Shown here in pieces: positions 51,676 to 62,423 of a DNA stretch of 64,000 bases (within the stretch, counting starts at the first letter, position 1; every line of letters begins with the position of its first letter). The position numbers were made by a program, and so were the translations under genes. This DNA comes from Mobula birostris (lineage: Eukaryota). The notes under the pieces were generated by a model that saw nothing but the letters and a program-made list of their open reading frames with translations, did not search any database and had not been told where the DNA came from. The stretch lies in assembly GCF_030028105.1 (NCBI RefSeq), contig NC_092375.1:45917130-45981129 (forward strand). The letters are read 5' to 3'.

Positions 51676-52415
51676 TAATAGTCATAGTCATACTTTATTA
51701 ATCCTGGGGGAAATTGGTTTTCGTTATAGTTGCTCCATAAATAATAAATAGTAATAGAACCATAAATAGTTAAATAGCAATATGTAAGTTATGCCAGTAA
51801 ATTATGAAATAAGTCCAGGACCAGCCTATTGGCTCAGGGTGTCTGACCCTCCAAGGGAGGAGTTGTAAAGTTTGATGGCCACAGGCAGGAATGACTTCCT
51901 ATCACGCTCAGTGCTGCATCTCGGTGGAATGAGTTTCTGGCTGAATGTACTCCTGTGCCCATCCAGTACATTATGTAGTGGATGGGAGACATTGTCCAAG
52001 ATGGCATGCAACTTAGACAGCATCCTCTTTTCAGACACCACCGTGAGAGAGTCCAGTTCCATCCCCACAACATCACTGGCCTTACGAATGAGTTTGTTGA
52101 TTCTGTTGGTGTCTGCTACCCTCAGCCTGCTGCCCCAGCACACAACAGCAAACATGACAGCACTGGCCACCACAGACTCGTAGAACATCCTCAGCATCGT
52201 CCGGCAGATGTTAAAGGACCTCAGTCTCCTCAGGAAATAGAGACGGCTCTGACCCTTCTTGTAGACAGCCTCAGTGTTCTCTGACCAGTCCAGTTTATTG
52301 TCAATTTGTATCCCCAGTTATTTGTAATTCTCCACCATGTCCACACTGACCCCCTGGATGGAAACAGGGGTCACCGGTACCTTAGCTCTCCTCAGGTCTA
52401 CCACCAGCTCCTTAG
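51676..52415 (-). mobile_element. Rex1/Babar-like LINE 3' fragment, young
   Basis: ORF MLRMFYESVVASAVMFAVVCWG...LDNVSHPLH...KSFLPVAIKLYN, with an (ATAGTC)n tail at ~51676-51695. Confidence 0.88.
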
Positions 52416-52459
52416 TCATTTTGTGAGATTACAGGTTATAATAGAAACAAGTTTTGTGT

Positions 52460-52690
52460 TCCTGAGATACAGCACGGTAACAGGCTCCTCCAGCCCAATG
52501 AGGCCACACCACCCAATTACACCCGTGTGACCACTTCACCTATGAACCTTTAAGTCTTCTGGAATGTGGGAGGAAACTGGAGAGCCCAGAGGAAAACGTG
52601 CAAACTCCTTACAGACAGTGACAGAAGTTGAACCCAGATGGCTGACACTTTAATAGAAATATGCTAACTACTTTGCTACTGTGCTGCCCT
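52460..52690 (-). mobile_element. tRNA-derived SINE
   Basis: Reverse complement of the SINE core (GGAATGTGGGAGGAAACTGGAG...CAAACTCCTTACAGACAG). Confidence 0.7.
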
Positions 52691-53138
52691 GTCCATGACT
52701 TTGGTGCTGTTAGCCCCATTTTACTCATAAACATTCTATTTTAAATAAAAAATCTTGTCAATTGTTTTTCTTATGTGTAAATTGCCTAATGATGTTGACC
52801 CAAAGCCTACTGTCTTCCAAGAGCAACACTTGACTTCTGCCTTTTTCCTGGAGTATATTTTCTTAAGTTGGTGTATATGAGGTGACTTCAGACATCCATG
52901 CATGGATGACATGAATGTTTAATGACTATTGTCAGTCTTCCAGTAGGACATTAAACCCAAATAATTATAAAAAGAAAGATGTTGAAAATATACACAATAC
53001 ATTACTATCTCTTGGGGATGAAAAATAATTGGAATAATTGAAAACAACAGGAATTCTGCAGATGCTGGAAATTCAAGCAACACACATCAAAGTTGCTGGT
53101 GAACGCAGCAGGCCAGGCAGCATCTCTAGGAAGAGGTG

Positions 53139-53176
53139 CAGTCGACGTTTCAGGCCGAGACCCTTCGTCAGGACTA
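53139..53176 (-). ncRNA. Minimal type I hammerhead ribozyme motif
   Basis: The minus strand reads TAGTC-CTGACGA-AGGGTCTCGGCCT-GAAA-C-GTC-GACTG, with an intact core and a GUC triplet. Confidence 0.8.
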
Positions 53177-54842
53177 ACTGAAGGAAGAGTGAGTAAGGGA
53201 TTTGAAAGTTGGAGGGGGAGGGGGAGATCCAAAATGATAGGAGAAGACAGGAGGGGGAGGGATGGAGCCAAGAGCTGGACAGGTGATTGGCAAAAGGGGA
53301 TACGAGAGGATCATGGGACAGGAGGTCGGGGAAGAAAGACAAGTGGGGGGGACCCAGAGAATGGGCAAGAGGTATATTCAGAGGGACAGAGGGAGAAAAA
53401 GGAGAGTGAGAGAAAGAATGTGTGCATAAAAATAAGTAACAGATGGGGTACGAGGGGGAGGTGGGGCCTAGCGGAAGTTAGAGAAGTCGATGTTCATGCC
53501 ATCAGGTTGGAGGCTACCCAGACGGAATATAAGGTGTTGTTCCTCCAACCTGAGTGTGGCTTCATCTTTACAGTAGAGGAGGCCGTGGATAGACATGTCA
53601 GAATGGGAATGGGACGTGGAATTAAAATGTGTGGCCACTGGGAGATCCTGCTTTCTCTGGCGGACAGAGCGTAGATGTTCAGCAAAGCGGTCTCCCAGTC
53701 TGCGTCGGGTCTCGCCAATATATAAAAGGCCACATCGGGAGCACCTGACGCAGTATATCACCCCAGTCGACTCACAGGTGAAGTGTTGCCTCACCTGGAA
53801 GGACTGTTTGGGGCCCTGAATGGTGGTAAGGGAGGAAGTGTAAGGGCATGTGTAGCACTTGTTCCGCTTACACAGATAAGTGCCAGGAGGGAGATCAGTG
53901 GAGAGGGATGGGGGGGACGAATGGACAAGGGAGTTGTGTAGGGAGCGATCCCTGCGGAATGCAGAGAGAGGGGGGGAGGGAAAGATGTGCTTAGTGGTGG
54001 GATCCCTTTGGAGGTGGCGGAAGTTACGGAGAATAATATGTTGGACCCGGAGGCTGGTGGGGTGGTAGGTGAGAACCAGGGGAACCCTATTCCTAGTGGG
54101 GTGGCGGGAGGATGGAGTGAGAGCAGATGTACGTGAAATGCGGGAGATGCGTTTAAGAGCAGAGTTGATAGTGGAGGAAGGGAAGCCCCTTTCTTTAAAA
54201 AAGGAAGACATCTCCCTCGTCCTAGAATGAGACTTCACCTGTGAGTCGACTGGGGTGATATACTGCGTCCGGTGCTCCCGATGTAGCCTTTTATATATTG
54301 GCGAGACCTGGCGCAGACTGGGAGACCGCTTTGCTGAACATCTACGCTCTGTCCGCCAGAGAAAGCAGGATCTCCCAGTGGCCACACATTTTAATTCCAC
54401 ATCCCATTCCCATTCTGACATGTCTATCCACGGCCTCCTCTACTGTAAAGATGAAGCCACACTCAGGTTGGAGGAACAACACCTTATATTCCGTCTGGGT
54501 AGCCTCCAACCTGATGGCATGAACATTGACTTCTCTAACTTCCATTAATGCCCCACCTCCCCTTCGTACCCCATCTGTTACTTATTTTTATGCACACATT
54601 CTTTCTCTCACTTTCCTTTTTCTCCCTCTGTCCCTCTGAATATACCTCTTGCCCATCCTCTGGGTCCCCCCCCCCCTTGTCTTTCTTCCCGGACCTCCTG
54701 TCCCATGATCCTCTCGTATACCCTTTTGCCTATCACCTGTCCAGCTCTTGGCTCTATCCCTCCCCCTCCTGTCTTCTCCTATCATTTTGGATCTCCCCCT
54801 CCCCCTCCAACTTTCAAATCCCTTACTCACTCTTCCTTCAGT

Positions 54843-54880
54843 TAGTCTTGATGAAGGGTCTCGGCCTGAAACGTCGACTG
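54843..54880 (+). ncRNA. Minimal hammerhead motif with a core substitution (TTGATGA instead of CTGANGA)
   Basis: TAGTC-TTGATGA-AGGGTCTCGGCCT-GAAA-C-GTC-GACTG. Confidence 0.65.
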
Positions 54881-54969
54881 CACCTCTTCCTACAGATGCT
54901 GCTTGGCCTGTTGCGTTCACCAGCAACTTTGATGTGTGTTGCTGGAATAATTGAAGCTAATTTTAAATT

Positions 54970-55478
54970 GGGGTGCACGGAGTGTCCTAGGAAGGGTAGC
55001 ACCTCTAGTGAAGGGGCTTGACGTGTCCATTCTGGAGCCACTCACTCACCTTGGGTCCCCAATGGACACACAGCTCTCACCTGTGGCTCCAGATAGCCGT
55101 TTGCAAGTGACAGTGGGAACACCCTGGTATACCACTTTGTGCAGGTGGGCTAAACCATGCAATGATAGCCAGTGAGCCTTATACTCCAGTGAGATAGGGA
55201 AATGCCTGTCTTAGCATGCTAAGTCAGCTCTGGTGGACTGGGCAAATGAGATCCAAAGGCCAGGAAGATGGTTCTGCAATGCTTTGTGGAGAGTGTAGGG
55301 CATGATGAGACACAGAAATCATGATCATCCACTGCAACCAAGTAAGACACCACTTGTGATGAGTACTTGTACCACTGGGCCCAGACTCCCAAGGTCAACA
55401 GTGGAACTGCCCCTGTGGAATGGCTTTTCCACTTTAAATACTCTCCCAGGTTTCTTCTCATTGTCAGATAGACCATGG
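54970..55478 (+). mobile_element. Probable 5' UTR-derived segment of an RTE-type retroelement
   Basis: GC-richer non-coding block with remnants of an HDV-like ribozyme layout. The assignment is by pattern recognition only. Confidence 0.4.
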
Positions 55479-55494
55479 ACGACCAACAAAAACT

Positions 55495-55666
55495 CACAAC
55501 ACACTGGAGGAACTCAGCAGGTCAGGCAGCATCCGTAGCATTCGTCAGGACTTCCAGCCCGAAACGTTGACTGATCGTTTCCACGGATGCTGCCTGACCT
55601 GCTGAGTTCCTCCAGCGTGTTGTGAGTGTTGCTTTGACACCAGCATCTGCAGAGTATTTTGTGTTT
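55495..55666. mobile_element. 172-bp fold-back Penelope-derived element with 16-bp TSD
   Basis: ACGACCAACAAAAACT at 55479-55494 and 55667-55682. Inverted arms ~55492-55536 and 55583-55627, with hammerhead halves in the centre. Confidence 0.85.
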
Positions 55667-57009
55667 ACGACCAACAAAAACTATTTTAAACTACAGCTCC
55701 ATGCTCCATTACCTCCAGCAATGGACAAACACAATGAATTAAATGAAGGGAAGAAGTGCCAATCAATTGCTTGCGAGGTACCTGAGAGAAATAGCAGCAC
55801 TCAATGAAGTTAATGAAGTAAATATTATCACAACTTAGAGTGAATGGAGAATTTGACAGGGTATACATGCAGGACTGAGAACAAGAGTGCTTAGGTACTT
55901 CAATGACAGCGATGATAATCTTTATCAGCCTGTGTCTGAATGCTCTTAAATATTATAACTACTGGAGAGAGATTGGTAACCACAGTAAATAAATGAGGCA
56001 TCTTAGACATATCCCTTAGCTGAACCTCAGATTATTTCTCAGTGTCACTTTGAGCCTGGTTTAAAACGTGATGCCCGTTGCTGTTTGTTGGCTTTCATTG
56101 TAATTCATTCCCCATTAAGCTCCACTTTTTGTTGTATGCTTTCCTTCCTCTATTTCATGCTAACTCCCTACAACTCTCTATAAATCTAGGCTTATGTTAC
56201 CAATTTTTGGTAGTTATAAAGTGCCTTCAATAAATGCTGATCTCTGGAATTGGGAGCACGCCCCTTCCTACATACCCAGTGCCGGGAGAAGGGTTGAAAA
56301 AGAATTTGGATAGAGAGAAAGATCCAACTGTCCTCTTCATGTGGGATCCAATGACATAGGAAGGACAAAGAAGGAGGCTTTGCTGAAGGAAGATGAAGCA
56401 TCTAGGGTCCAGGTTAAAAGGGAGATCCATAAAGGTGATAACCTCTGGATTACTCCCTGATCTATGTGCAAATTGATACAACAGGGATAATAAGATCAGA
56501 CAGTGCAAAAACTAGTGTGGGATAAAGACTAGTGGGGGGTTATATGGGAGGCAGGGTTTGAGGGTCGGCACAACATTGTGGGCCAAAGGGCCTGTACTGT
56601 GCTGTACTATTCGATGTTCTATGTAAAGTTTCAATTCATAGGGCATTGGGCTGGGATCAGTATCCCAGTGACACAAATAACTCATTCTGCAGATAAGGCT
56701 TTAATCTAAGGCAAGGTTCTGGTGAGTGGAAATTTTAAAAATTTAAGGACAATAAAACAGGATTATATCCCAAGAAATAAAAATCTGTAATATTGCCATA
56801 TTCTGTCCAGGAGGGACAGAACATACACTGTAAGCATAAGGCTTTATGTCCAATTGATATCAGTGCATGGAAGGAAAAAAAAAGAAATCTGTTTATCTGA
56901 ATGCACACATCATTGGTAACAAGGTGGATGAATTAGCAGCACAGTTAGAAATAATTTGAAATGACCAATTAGCAATGGTGAATGGACATGGTTGCAAAGT
57001 GATTTACTT

Positions 57010-57325
57010 ATTCCGACACAGAAGGAGTTCATTCAACCCAACACTTCCATGCCAGGTTAATCCCATATTTTCATGATCCCTCTCCTTAATTCTCTGTGCT
57101 TCTGCAATTTATTCTCTCTCACATGTTCATAGCGTAATTAATAATAAAAAAAATTAAACTACAGGCCATCTCTGGGATGTGGGATGAAAGCAGAGCACCT
57201 GCCTGAAAGCCATATGGTCATGAAGAGAAAATGCCAGCTCCACACACACACAACCAAGGTCAGGATTGAACCTGAGACAACAAAAGCTGTGAGGTAGCAA
57301 TGCTAACTGCTGTGCCTTAGCGTTG
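57010..57325 (-). mobile_element. tRNA-derived SINE
   Basis: Reverse SINE core GGGATGTGGGATGAAAGCAGAGCACC and B-box-like CAGGATTGAACC. Confidence 0.65.
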
Positions 57326-57547
57326 GGTCCAAGATTGGAAATAAAGTAGCCCAGGACACTTAACTTTTAGGCAAATTAGACACAGGGGAAGAATAGCTAG
57401 GTTATAAAGGATGGGAATCGTGTAAGGAACCAAACAGATTTTTTTAAAAATCAAGAAACTGAATTAGTTTGAGTGGAATTCTGAAGCAGCAAGGACAGAA
57501 AACATCTTAATAGAGTTATCCACAAATTTCCAAACAATAGTTGTAAT

Positions 57548-57753
57548 GAATAAGCTCTTCTCCAGCTTCCAACCAGGTACAGGTATTGATTTTAACCAAC
57601 GTTTCAATAACAAGCTCTGCCATCTTCATCAGGGATGATGTCCGGGTATGTCTAGTCTGGTGGTATTTATACTCCCATAGTCCATCCCTCCTGATTGGTT
57701 AGTCCTCATCCAATCAGGTTTCCGCTGTCCCACCTTGTCTACAATCAAATTCC
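57548..57753 (-). mobile_element. Second-family Penelope-like pseudo-LTR fragment with 9-bp TSD
   Basis: AGTTGTAAT at 57539-57547 and 57754-57762. The minus strand has paired CCAAT boxes, TATAAATA and a CTGATGA-stem-GAAAC hammerhead motif. No coding sequence is present, so the Penelope assignment is inferred. Confidence 0.7.
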
Positions 57754-58485
57754 AGTTGTAATTTAAGTCAAAATCCCAATCAGAAAATTAGAGGTGCTTG
57801 TTAAGAAAGGCAATAGAATAGTAATATAGTGCACTTTAATCAACATATAAATAAGGCAAACTAAATAATCAGTAATAACAAGGAGGACAAATTCCTGGAG
57901 TGCACCTGGATCAGGCTGTTGAGAAATCTATCAGCAAAGAGGCTATTTCAGATCTAGTACTGGGCAATAAGGAAGAATTAAAGGATCTTCATCAAGGTGA
58001 AAGTTACCTTAATGCTACAGAATAAAAAGTGTAAGTGATTTAGTTCAATTGAAACCGAATTCTTAAATCTAAACACAGGAAACTATGAATATATGATCAT
58101 GGGATGGCTATGACAGATTCAGAAACTCTATTGAAGTATGACGGTAAACAAGCAATGGCTAACCAATTAAAATATTAATAGATAAATAACAATAAAATCA
58201 AAAGGCTATAAGAAGAAAGAGAAAAGCGATCCAGCTATAGCTGATATGAGATGAGGGTACAAAAAGTCTTTTTTTTTAAACACTGCTCGGGGAGAAGGGT
58301 CTGCACTGCGCGGGCGCATGACATAGCGCACCAAGGTTTAAAAACAGACCACCATATACAGTGGGCAGCGGAGTGAGAGGGAGCAGAGTGGGATGGCTTT
58401 GGCTCAACGGGCTTCGGCGACAACAGGCAGAGGCCAGGGTAGGTTCCGGTAAGTTTTTTTGTCCAGTTTGTTTAGAGTAGAGAGA

Positions 58486-59420
58486 ATGCCAGGCAGGATG
58501 CTGGAATGCTCCTCTTGCAGGATGTGGGAAGTCAGGGAGTCCTTCGGTGTCCCTGACAACGACACCTGCAAGAAGTGCATCCAGCTGCAGCTCCTAACAA
58601 ACTGTGTTAGGGAACTGGAGCAGGGGCTGGATGGCCTCCAGATCATTTGGGAGAATGAGGAGATCATAGATAGTAGCTACAGGGAGGTAGTTACACCAAA
58701 GGAGCAGAGCACAGGAAATTGGGTCACTTTCAGGCGAGGGAAGAGGAAAGGGCAGGCACAGCAGGGTTCCCCTGTGGCCATTCCCCTCAACAACAAGTAT
58801 ACCACATTGGATACTGTTGTGGGGGATGACTTACCTGGGACAAGCTGCAGCAGCCAGATCTCTGGCACCGAGTCTGGTTCTGCAGTGCAGGAGGGAGGGT
58901 GGAAAAAGAGGAGAGCAGTAGTGATAGGGGACTCGATAGTTAGAGGTAACATAGGAGGTTCTGTGGTCATGACAGAGAATCCAGGCTGGTTTGTTGCCTC
59001 CCAGGTGCTAGGGTCAAGGATGTCTCTGATCGCTTGCATGACATTCTGAGGTGGGAGGGTGATCAGCCAGATGTCGTGGTGCACATCGGTACCAATGACA
59101 TAGAAAGGAAGAGTGAAGAGGTCCTGGACAGTGAGTATGGAGAGCTTGGGAGGAATTTGAAAAGCAGGACCTCGAGGGTGGTAATCTCAGGATTGCTACC
59201 TGTGCTAGGTGCCAGTGAGGGTAGGAATAGGATGCTCTGGAGGATGAACAAGTGGCTGAGGAACTGGTGTAGGGGACAGGGTTTCAGATTTCAGGATCAT
59301 TGGGACCTCTTCTGGGGCAGGTGGGGCCTGTACAAGAGAGACGGATTACACTTGAACTACAGGGGGACCAATATCCTTTCAGGGAGGTTTGTTAGTGCTG
59401 TTGGGAAGGCTTTAAACTAG
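58486..59420 (+). pseudogene. CR1 ORF1 (Zn finger plus SGNH/GDSL esterase), frameshifted near 58950
   Basis: CSSCRMW...CKKC, VVIGDSIVR, HIGTNDI and DGLHLN motifs split across two frames. Confidence 0.88.
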
Positions 59421-59470
59421 ATTTGTAGGGGGATGGGAACCAGAGTGCCAGAGCTGACAGTGGGGCTGGG

Positions 59471-62331
59471 GTGAAAATAAATTACGTTAAAAGTTCAAGC
59501 AAAGCCGCAGATAGAAAGGTTGTGAGTGGTGGTAAAAATCTTCTGAGGTGTATACATTTCAATGCTACGAGTATTGCGGGGAAGGCGGATGAGTTGAGGG
59601 CATGGATTGACACTTGGAATTATGACGTTATAGCAATTAGTGAAACTTGGCTACAGGAGGGGCAGGACTGGCAGCTTAATATTCCAGGGTTCCGATGTTT
59701 CAGATGTGATCGAGGCAGAGGAATGAAAGGTGGAGGGGTAGCATTGCTTGTCAGGGAAAATGTTACAGCAGTGCTCAGGCAGGACAGATTAGAGGGCTTG
59801 TCTACTGAGTCCTTATGGGTGGAGCTGAGAAACAGGAAAAGTATGGCCACATTAGTGGGGTTGTATCATAGACCACCCAATAGTCAGCGAGAATTGGAGG
59901 AGCAAATCTGCAAAGAGATAGCAGGCAACTGCAGGAAACATAAAGTTCTGGTGGTAGGGGATTTTAATTTTCCACATATTGATTGGGACTCCCATACTGT
60001 TAGGGGTCTTGATAGGTTAGAGTTTGTAAAATGTGTTCAGGAAAGTTTTCTTAATCAATATATAGAAGTACCAACTAGAGGGGATGCAATATTAGATCTC
60101 CTATTAGGAAACGAGTTAGGACAAGTGACAGAGGTGTGTGTAGGGGAGCACTTTGGTTCCAGTGATCATAACACCATTAGTTTCAACTTGATCATGGATA
60201 AAGATAGACCTGGTCCTAGGGTTGAGGTTCTAAACTGGAAGAAGGCCAAATTTGAAGAAATGAGAAAGGATCTAAAAAGTGTGGATTGGGACAGGTTGTT
60301 CTCTGGCAAGGATGCGATCGTTAAGTGGGAAGCCTTCAAAGGAGAAATTTTGAAAGTGCAGAGCTTGTATGTTCCTGTCAGGATTAAAGGCAAAGTGAAT
60401 AGGAATAAGGAACCTTGGTTCTCAAGGGATATTGCAACTGTGATAAAGAAGAAGAGAGAGTTGTATGACATGTATAGGAAACAGGGAGCAAATAAAGTGC
60501 TTGAGGAGTATAAAAAGTGCAAGAAAATACTTAAGAAGGAAATCAGGAGGGCTAAAAGAAGACATGAGGTTGCCTTGACAGTCAAAGTGAAGGATAATCC
60601 AAAGAGCTTTTACAGGTATATTAAGAGTAAGAGGATTGTAAGGGATAAAATTGATCCTCTTGAAGATCAGAGTGGCCGGCTATGTGCGGAACCAAAAGAA
60701 ATGGGGGAGATCTTAAATGGGTTTTTTGTGTTTGTACTTACTAAGGAAACTGGCATGAAGTCTATGGAATTAAGGGAAACAAGTAGTGAGATCATGGAAA
60801 CTGTACAGATTGAAAAGGAAGAGGTGCTTGCTATCTTGAGGCAAGTTAAAGTGGATAAGTCCCCAGGACCTGACAGGGTACTCCCTCAGACCTCGAAGGA
60901 GACTAGTGTTGAAATTGCAGGGGCCCTGGCAGATATATTTAAAATGTCGGTGTCTACAGGTGAGGTGCTGGAGGATTGGAGAATGGCTCATGTTGTTCCG
61001 TTGTTTGAAAAAGGATCGAAAAGTAATCCGGGAAATTATAGGCCAGTAAGTTTGACGTCAGTAGTAGGTAAATTATTGGAGGGAGTACTAAGAGACAGAA
61101 TCTACAAGCATTTGGATAGACAGGGACTTATTAGGGAGAGTCAACATGGCTTTGTGCGTGGTAGGTCATGTTTGACCAATCTATTGGAGTTTTTCGAGGA
61201 TGTTACCAGGAAAGTGGATGAAGGGAAGGCAGTGGATGTTGTCTACATGGACTTCAGTAAGGCCTTTGACAAGGTCCCGCATGGGAGGTTAGTTAGGAAA
61301 ATTCAGTCACTGGGTATACATGGAGAGGTGGTAAATCGGATTAGACTTTGGCTCAATGGAAGAAGCCAAAGAGTGGTAGTAGAGGATTGCTTCTCTGATT
61401 GGAGGCCTGTGACTAGTGGTGTGCCACAGGGATCAGTGCTGGGTCCATTGTTATTTGTCATCTATATCAATGATCTGGATGATAATGTGGTAAATTGGAT
61501 CAGCAAATTTGCTGATGATACAAAGAGTGGACAGTGAGGAAGGTTTTCAAAGCTTGCAGAGGGATTTGGACCAGCTGGAAAAATGGGCTGAAAAATGGCA
61601 TATGGAGTTTAATACAGACAAGTGTGAGGTATTGCACTTTGGAAGGACAAACCAAGGTAGAACATACAGGGTAAATGGTAAGGCACTGAGGAGTGCAGTA
61701 GAACAGAGGGATCTGGCAATACAGATACAAAGTTCCCTAAAAGTGGCGTCATAGGGTCGTAAAGAGAGCCTTTGGTACATTGGCCTTTATTAATCAAAGT
61801 ATTGAGTATAAGAGCTAGAATGTTATGATGAGGTTGTATAAGGCAATGGTGAGGCTGAATCTGGAGTATTGTGTTCAGTTTTGGTCACCATATTACAGGA
61901 AGGATATAAACAAGGTTGAAAGAGTGCAGAAAAGGTTTACAAGGATGTTGCCGGGACTTGAGAAACTCAGTTACAGAGAAAGGTTGAATAGGTTAGGACT
62001 TTATTCCCTGGAGTGTAGAAGAATGAGGGGAGATTTGATAGAGGTAAATAAAATTATGATGGGTATAGATAGAGTGAATGCAAGCAGGCTTTTTCCACTG
62101 AGGCAAGGGGAGAAAAAAACCAGAGGACATGGGTTAAGGGTGAGGGGGGAAAAGTTTAAAGGGAACATTAGGGGAGGCTTCTTCACACAGAGAGTGGTGG
62201 GAGTGTGGAATGAGCTGCCAGACGAGGTGGTAAATACAGGTTCTTTTTTAACATTTAAGAATAAATTGGACAGATACATGGATGGGAGGTGTATGGAGGG
62301 ATATGGTCCGTGTGCAGGTCAGTGGGACTAG
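59471..62331 (+). pseudogene. CR1 ORF2 (AP endonuclease plus reverse transcriptase), open for 688 codons, then disrupted
   Basis: ISETW, GDFN and SSDH (APE); [23 protein letters not shown] and FADD (RT). Frameshifts near 61525 and 61755, and a stop near 61816. Confidence 0.92.
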
Positions 62332-62423
62332 GCAGAAAATGTTTCGGCACAGCCAAGAAGGGCCAAAAGGCCTGTTTCTGTACTGTAGTTTTTCTATGGT
62401 TTCTATGGTTAAAGAAGGTATTA

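Larger units (their letters stand above)
53043..54942. mobile_element. Penelope-like element, inverted two-arm insertion (minus arm 53043-54229, plus arm 54232-54942) with 13-bp TSD
   Basis: Both arms encode the GIY-YIG endonuclease C-terminus (VIYCVRCSRC.LLYIGET.RRLGDRFAEH...HFNS...EEQHLIFRLGSLQPDGMN). TGGAATAATTGAA occurs at 53030-53042 and 54943-54955. Confidence 0.93.
56220..58260 (+). mobile_element. Old CR1 LINE (ORF1 esterase and ORF2 endonuclease remnants), host of later insertions; resumes at ~63525
   Basis: CATGTGGGATCCAATGACATAGG (HVG.NDIG), SGLLP, and TGTTTATCTGAATGCA...AACAAGGTGGATGAA (YLNA...NKVDEL). Confidence 0.7.
58270..62410 (+). mobile_element. Near full-length young CR1 LINE
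   Basis: 5' UTR, ORF1, ORF2 (APE plus RT), 3' UTR and (TTCTATGGT)2 tail at ~62392-62410. Confidence 0.96.

Noticed and set aside
53468-54421. 317-aa ORF as a novel or domesticated GIY-YIG gene
   Set aside because: Chimeric. The first ~63 codons are antisense sequence from the inverted arm, fused at ~54230 to a 5'-truncated Penelope ORF.
58449-58475. GTAAGT...TTTAG mini-intron in the CR1 5' UTR
   Set aside because: At 27 nt it is too short for a vertebrate spliceosomal intron, and nothing else supports it.
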